A stretch of DNA of 64,000 nt, from assembly GCA_963920595.1 (NCBI GenBank), contig OY986948.1, forward strand, positions 4,836,001 to 4,900,000, given 5' to 3'. Shown piece by piece: positions 60,290-64,000 of the stretch (within the stretch, counting starts at the first letter, position 1; every line of letters begins with the position of its first letter). The notes below the pieces were generated by a model, which saw only the letters and a list, made by a program, of their open reading frames with translations, ran no database searches and had not been told where the DNA came from. The translations under genes and the position numbers were made by a program. This DNA comes from Eimeria praecox (Eukaryota).

Positions 60290-60994
60290 TGCAAATGCCC
60301 AGGATATATCAGGACCGCAAGGGAGTTCTGTTGTTCTTGGGAGGGTTTACCCCGAAAGTGTAACGGGAGTCCTCAACGTTAGCCCCGAGCCGCCAAGAGC
60401 TGCAATAAACTCAACGGCTTTAAGAAAAAACTCACAAAATGAAGCTGATATCCTTTCCACCATCCTCGCATCCTGGACACAGCCGACCATGGGCGTGGAG
60501 CTGGAGAGGAAACGCGGTGCCATGTTGTGGGCTGAAAGGCACCTTGCTGCGACTGGTGCTGCAAGGAAGCGCAACTCGTGCACACCCATGCCTTTTTGCT
60601 GCATTCGCTAACCTTGTAGACTGTAGTGTAGAGATCCACTAAACGCTTAACCCATGATACATTAGAGTTTCCGACGGCGGTGCTCAAGCCACTGCGGCTC
60701 CCCTTGATTAGATTTTCTGTGAGCATACAATCTCGAATAAGCTGGCCTTTTGTGTTGCAAAAGAAGTGCACACGCCGCTTAATACGGTTCCCCCGGGTTT
60801 TCTGAGCACCAGATTAGCTTGTATCCTCTAATTCTGATTATTTCTCTCCCGGCAGGGCAGGCTTTCACAGCCTTAATACTTGCAGGCTCTAGGCCATTCT
60901 GAAGCCCGTTTAGTCGGCTCTCGGCTAGGGTCATAAAGGCGGTATTTCCTGTCTTTGGGACAAGGAAGTACTCTGCCACGTTGGCTAATTCCAA
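60290..60994 (-). mobile_element. Degenerate retrotransposon gag fragment with two decayed CCHC zinc knuckles
   Basis: HFFCNTKGQLIRDC (~60768-60727) and CTSCASLQHQSQQG (60582-60541) share one frame and fit CX2CX4HX4C spacing with 1-2 substitutions. Upstream LQNGLEP is a gag-like segment. Confidence 0.5.
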
Positions 60995-62324
60995 TCCTCT
61001 ACCCCTTAGTTTACGCTTGACGGGCCAGCCATTTGCGGATTGCCTCTCTCCAGGCGGAAGCCCGTCTACGAATCGTCAATAGGGATGAATTAAGCCAACT
61101 GTTGGACTTCTTTTCGCTAAGGAATGAACCTAGTCGATGTAGCGCTCCATTGACAGCTTCGATTTAAAAAAAAATCGCTTAACTATGCCATAGCCCGTAC
61201 GCTAGCCACCAGGAAATAGACCCGCATTTTAGTGCTTTGTCCAGCCTTTGTCCAGGCATCGCAGCGCCGGTCACATTTTGTCGACCAGGAGGAGGGGATC
61301 CACACTTCCTGCATTGCTTTGGGGGACCTCCCCTTCTGTTTCAATGCGCGTCCCCGCCTTGGGGAAGGTCTTTGTCAGCTTCCATTTCCCGAAAGCGGAA
61401 GGGACTGTACCTTTCACTGGAGCTTTGTAAAGGATTTTGAAAGGCCAACCTAAAGTGTTCAAGATAGGGTCTTATCGGCTTACTAGCGCAGCGCGCTTTG
61501 CCACCCACCTGCCGGGTTGAGGCTCGCTGATTCCGGTAACTGGCTTGTTTCCAGTGTATACATGCAGACTTCCACTCCATGAGAATTGCAGGCTGCTTGG
61601 GATTTGGAAAGCCTGCCTTTGAAGCAAGCCACTTACAACAGCGCTGGCGATAAGTGGGAACCACTCGGGCTTAGTTTACGTAGGTTGTGCGATGGTGATA
61701 TGCGTCGTATACGACTCCGCAGTGCTCTTGTTATCAATGTAGCATTCAGAACTTTCGTAATTCATGCAATGTGAGAGCATAATTAAACCCAATTATGTCT
61801 TGCCGCAGCAGGCTGTGCACACGAGCATTGCGGACTGACCGGTGCGTTGCAGGGGCAACTTGAAGAAGGTTAACGGTGAAAATACACGACAATTGATGCT
61901 ACCAGTATGAGGATCATAGAAGTATACAATAAGTAATATTTAAGGGAATGCGCTGGGTTAAGGCAACCACCCACAGCCAAATTGAAGTCCGTGGCGGTCT
62001 TCCGCAGGGCACCGAGCTCAGTCCCCTCTGCAGCCTGCATCCTGAGTGCTTGTCAAAACACGGGATGGGATGGTTCCTTGGTGATGATCATATTGAAGAC
62101 AGTTCAGAATTCAAGGACCCTTCAGTATTGAGTTGCAGTGCTGCTGCTGTCCCTCCATAAGTGAGCTGTTACTTTGGTCCTGACCAGAAGAGTGGTTCCT
62201 GTCAAGCGCAATCGATTTTGAGGCTGACCAGCAAAATAGGCTGGTGTTATGTATCATTTTAATATTTGCTGAGGGTAAACAACCTTTTTATACTGGCTTG
62301 CGTAGACAGGCTGATTTCGTGGAG

Positions 62325-62663
62325 ATGCGCATTGCTCGGCGGCTCTTTTCCGTTCTCGCTCTGCTGGTCGCAACTGTTAACACAGCAAAAGGCTCGACTC
62401 ACGCACCGGGCCAATTTAGTTTCGACCACCAAAGCATTTTCCATCCTGATGGGGAACCACCACAAAATAACGGTACAGTGGGCTTCATTAGGAGCCGTCG
62501 GCGCAGCACATCCGTGCTTGCGATGCATGCCATTTTGGCCGCGACAGCAGCTGTTCTTCTGCTTATCATGCATTGCATCAAGTCGATTACCTCTACAAAA
62601 TCAAGGGAAGACGGCAGGCTAGTGACAAGGAGACTTGCTGAAGGGGGCAACGACCCCTGCGCT
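62325..62663 (+). CDS. First exon of a secreted/membrane hypothetical protein with signal peptide, TM and RRLAEGG motif
   Basis: MRIARRLFSVLALLVATVNTAKG leader, TM VLAMHAILAATAAVLLLIMHCI, then LVTRRLAEGGNDPCA followed by a strong donor GCT|gtaagt. Downstream exons not identified. Confidence 0.6.
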
Positions 62664-64000
62664 GTAAGTCCTGTGATGTGGCTTCGATAAACGGCCACTT
62701 CGCTTTATGTATGCAAATAGCACCGTTCCCAAGAATGTTCTTACTGATGTTCTTGCTGTGTGCCTTTCCACTACCAGTACATCGCGGGAGAGTCAAAAGC
62801 ACATGGAAAATGACATATCTACGCATGGGTGGTGGGAAACTGCTACTAGTTCCAGATTACACAGAGACCTACATTGTACGAGCTGGTACGAGCTAGAAAT
62901 GAAGGTGTTTCTGCTGCCCAAGGGGGCAACAGTAACAGTGTTTATCAAGAGGGAACGGGGATACCCAGCCAGTGCGTTCCGGAGCCACTGTCCTGATCGA
63001 AAAAATGGTTGTGCTCTGGAAACTGGACGGAAAAAATATGAGTGGGGAGGATGGGGACGATTTAGAGCATATGATGGGATGGTGGCAAGTGGTGTGGTGA
63101 GTCGTGCACCCTCCATAACTCGCACGATTGCCTGCAGCCCCCGTGTCGAATATCTGACAGTATCAGCGTCAGCGGTGGGATTTGGAGCCTTGATGATTTG
63201 GGAGAGCAATTGTAGACAACGTAGGAGCATACTCAACGGAGGCGTGAATTTAGGACTTGCACTGCTGTGACTGGTTTCAAACTGTGCAGAAGGTTAAATG
63301 TAAATATGCTAGCTGTGGGATGATGGAGCTTGTTGTGGAATTTTGCGAGGTTATTGAGGGTTTTAGTCCTAGCTTTTTGTAGCTAAAGGGAAGACGAAGT
63401 TTTTTTGCATACTGCGTGTTGAAAAGCGTCGTCTTCGGCTTCGAGGCAAAATCATTTGTATAAATCTCTCAGAGAGCCACAAGTCCAGTGGGGGTTGAAT
63501 ACGGATCCGCCATGGAAAAGTGGAGTGCGCCCCCAAAAGAGGAGCGGCCCTCAAGATGAATGCATGGTATGACGTGAATGACTTTTGCAGAGAAGAGAGT
63601 CCTGCAGACGGAGGCCAGAAATGTTGCTTTTACAGGGAAGGCCCGCTCGAGTGCCACATGCCCTACCCTCTGCTTTATACTACTTTTATTGCTCTTCCTG
63701 TCTTGATGCTGCATCCATACTGGGAAGGCGTACCTAGCGAGGGCTCTCGTCGTAGCTCTCTAATACGCGGTCCAAGCTGGTGTATCTGGCGTTGTCTGTT
63801 CGCTAATTGCGCCTGCGTTCAACGTGCACGCACATCGTTGGCACGCACTTGGCCTCTAATGTTATGAATGGCTTATACTACCTTGCAAAGTGGGAATAAG
63901 CGTTCCAGGGATGCAAGAACGTATTCGTAACAATTCGCCTACCTCTCAAGAAGCCAGCGCTTAAGATAGCCAGTTGGTAGAGGAGTTTCGCAGGCCGACA

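Noticed and set aside
62707..63867. ORFs of 80-190 aa near the window end
   Set aside because: No recognisable motifs or convincing splice link to the 62325 exon.

Overview
Eukaryotic DNA from a coccidian apicomplexan, almost certainly an Eimeria species: pervasive CAG/CTG repeats encoding homopolymeric Ala/Gln/Ser runs, internal TTTAGGG heptamers, TGCATGCA octamers and spliced genes. The window crosses from a repeat-rich segment (about 1-39 kb) into a repeat-poor segment (about 39-64 kb). By assembling phase-consistent exons by hand I find: (1) a head-to-head pair of intronless signal-peptide/TM/coiled-coil genes that look like ancient paralogues; (2) a degenerate Ty3/gypsy chromovirus-like retroelement at about 10.2-13.5 kb; (3) a 3-exon protein combining MIU-like, PPxY, SIM-like and UIM motifs; (4) an 11-exon lipase maturation factor gene with extra TM segments and a long charged helical tail; (5) a 14-exon exonuclease 1 gene on the minus strand; (6) a 17-exon, roughly 3,800-3,900 aa type I surface protein with 16 TSP1 repeats, 11 copies of an ShKT-like 6-Cys repeat, 4 Notch/LNR repeats and sushi domains; (7) two small secreted-protein genes and further retroelement debris near the right end. 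Three gene models appear to use GC-AG introns. Most short ORFs in the supplied track are microsatellite shadows, and the track uses GTG/TTG/CTG starts that do not apply here. All calls are by eye; no searches were run.
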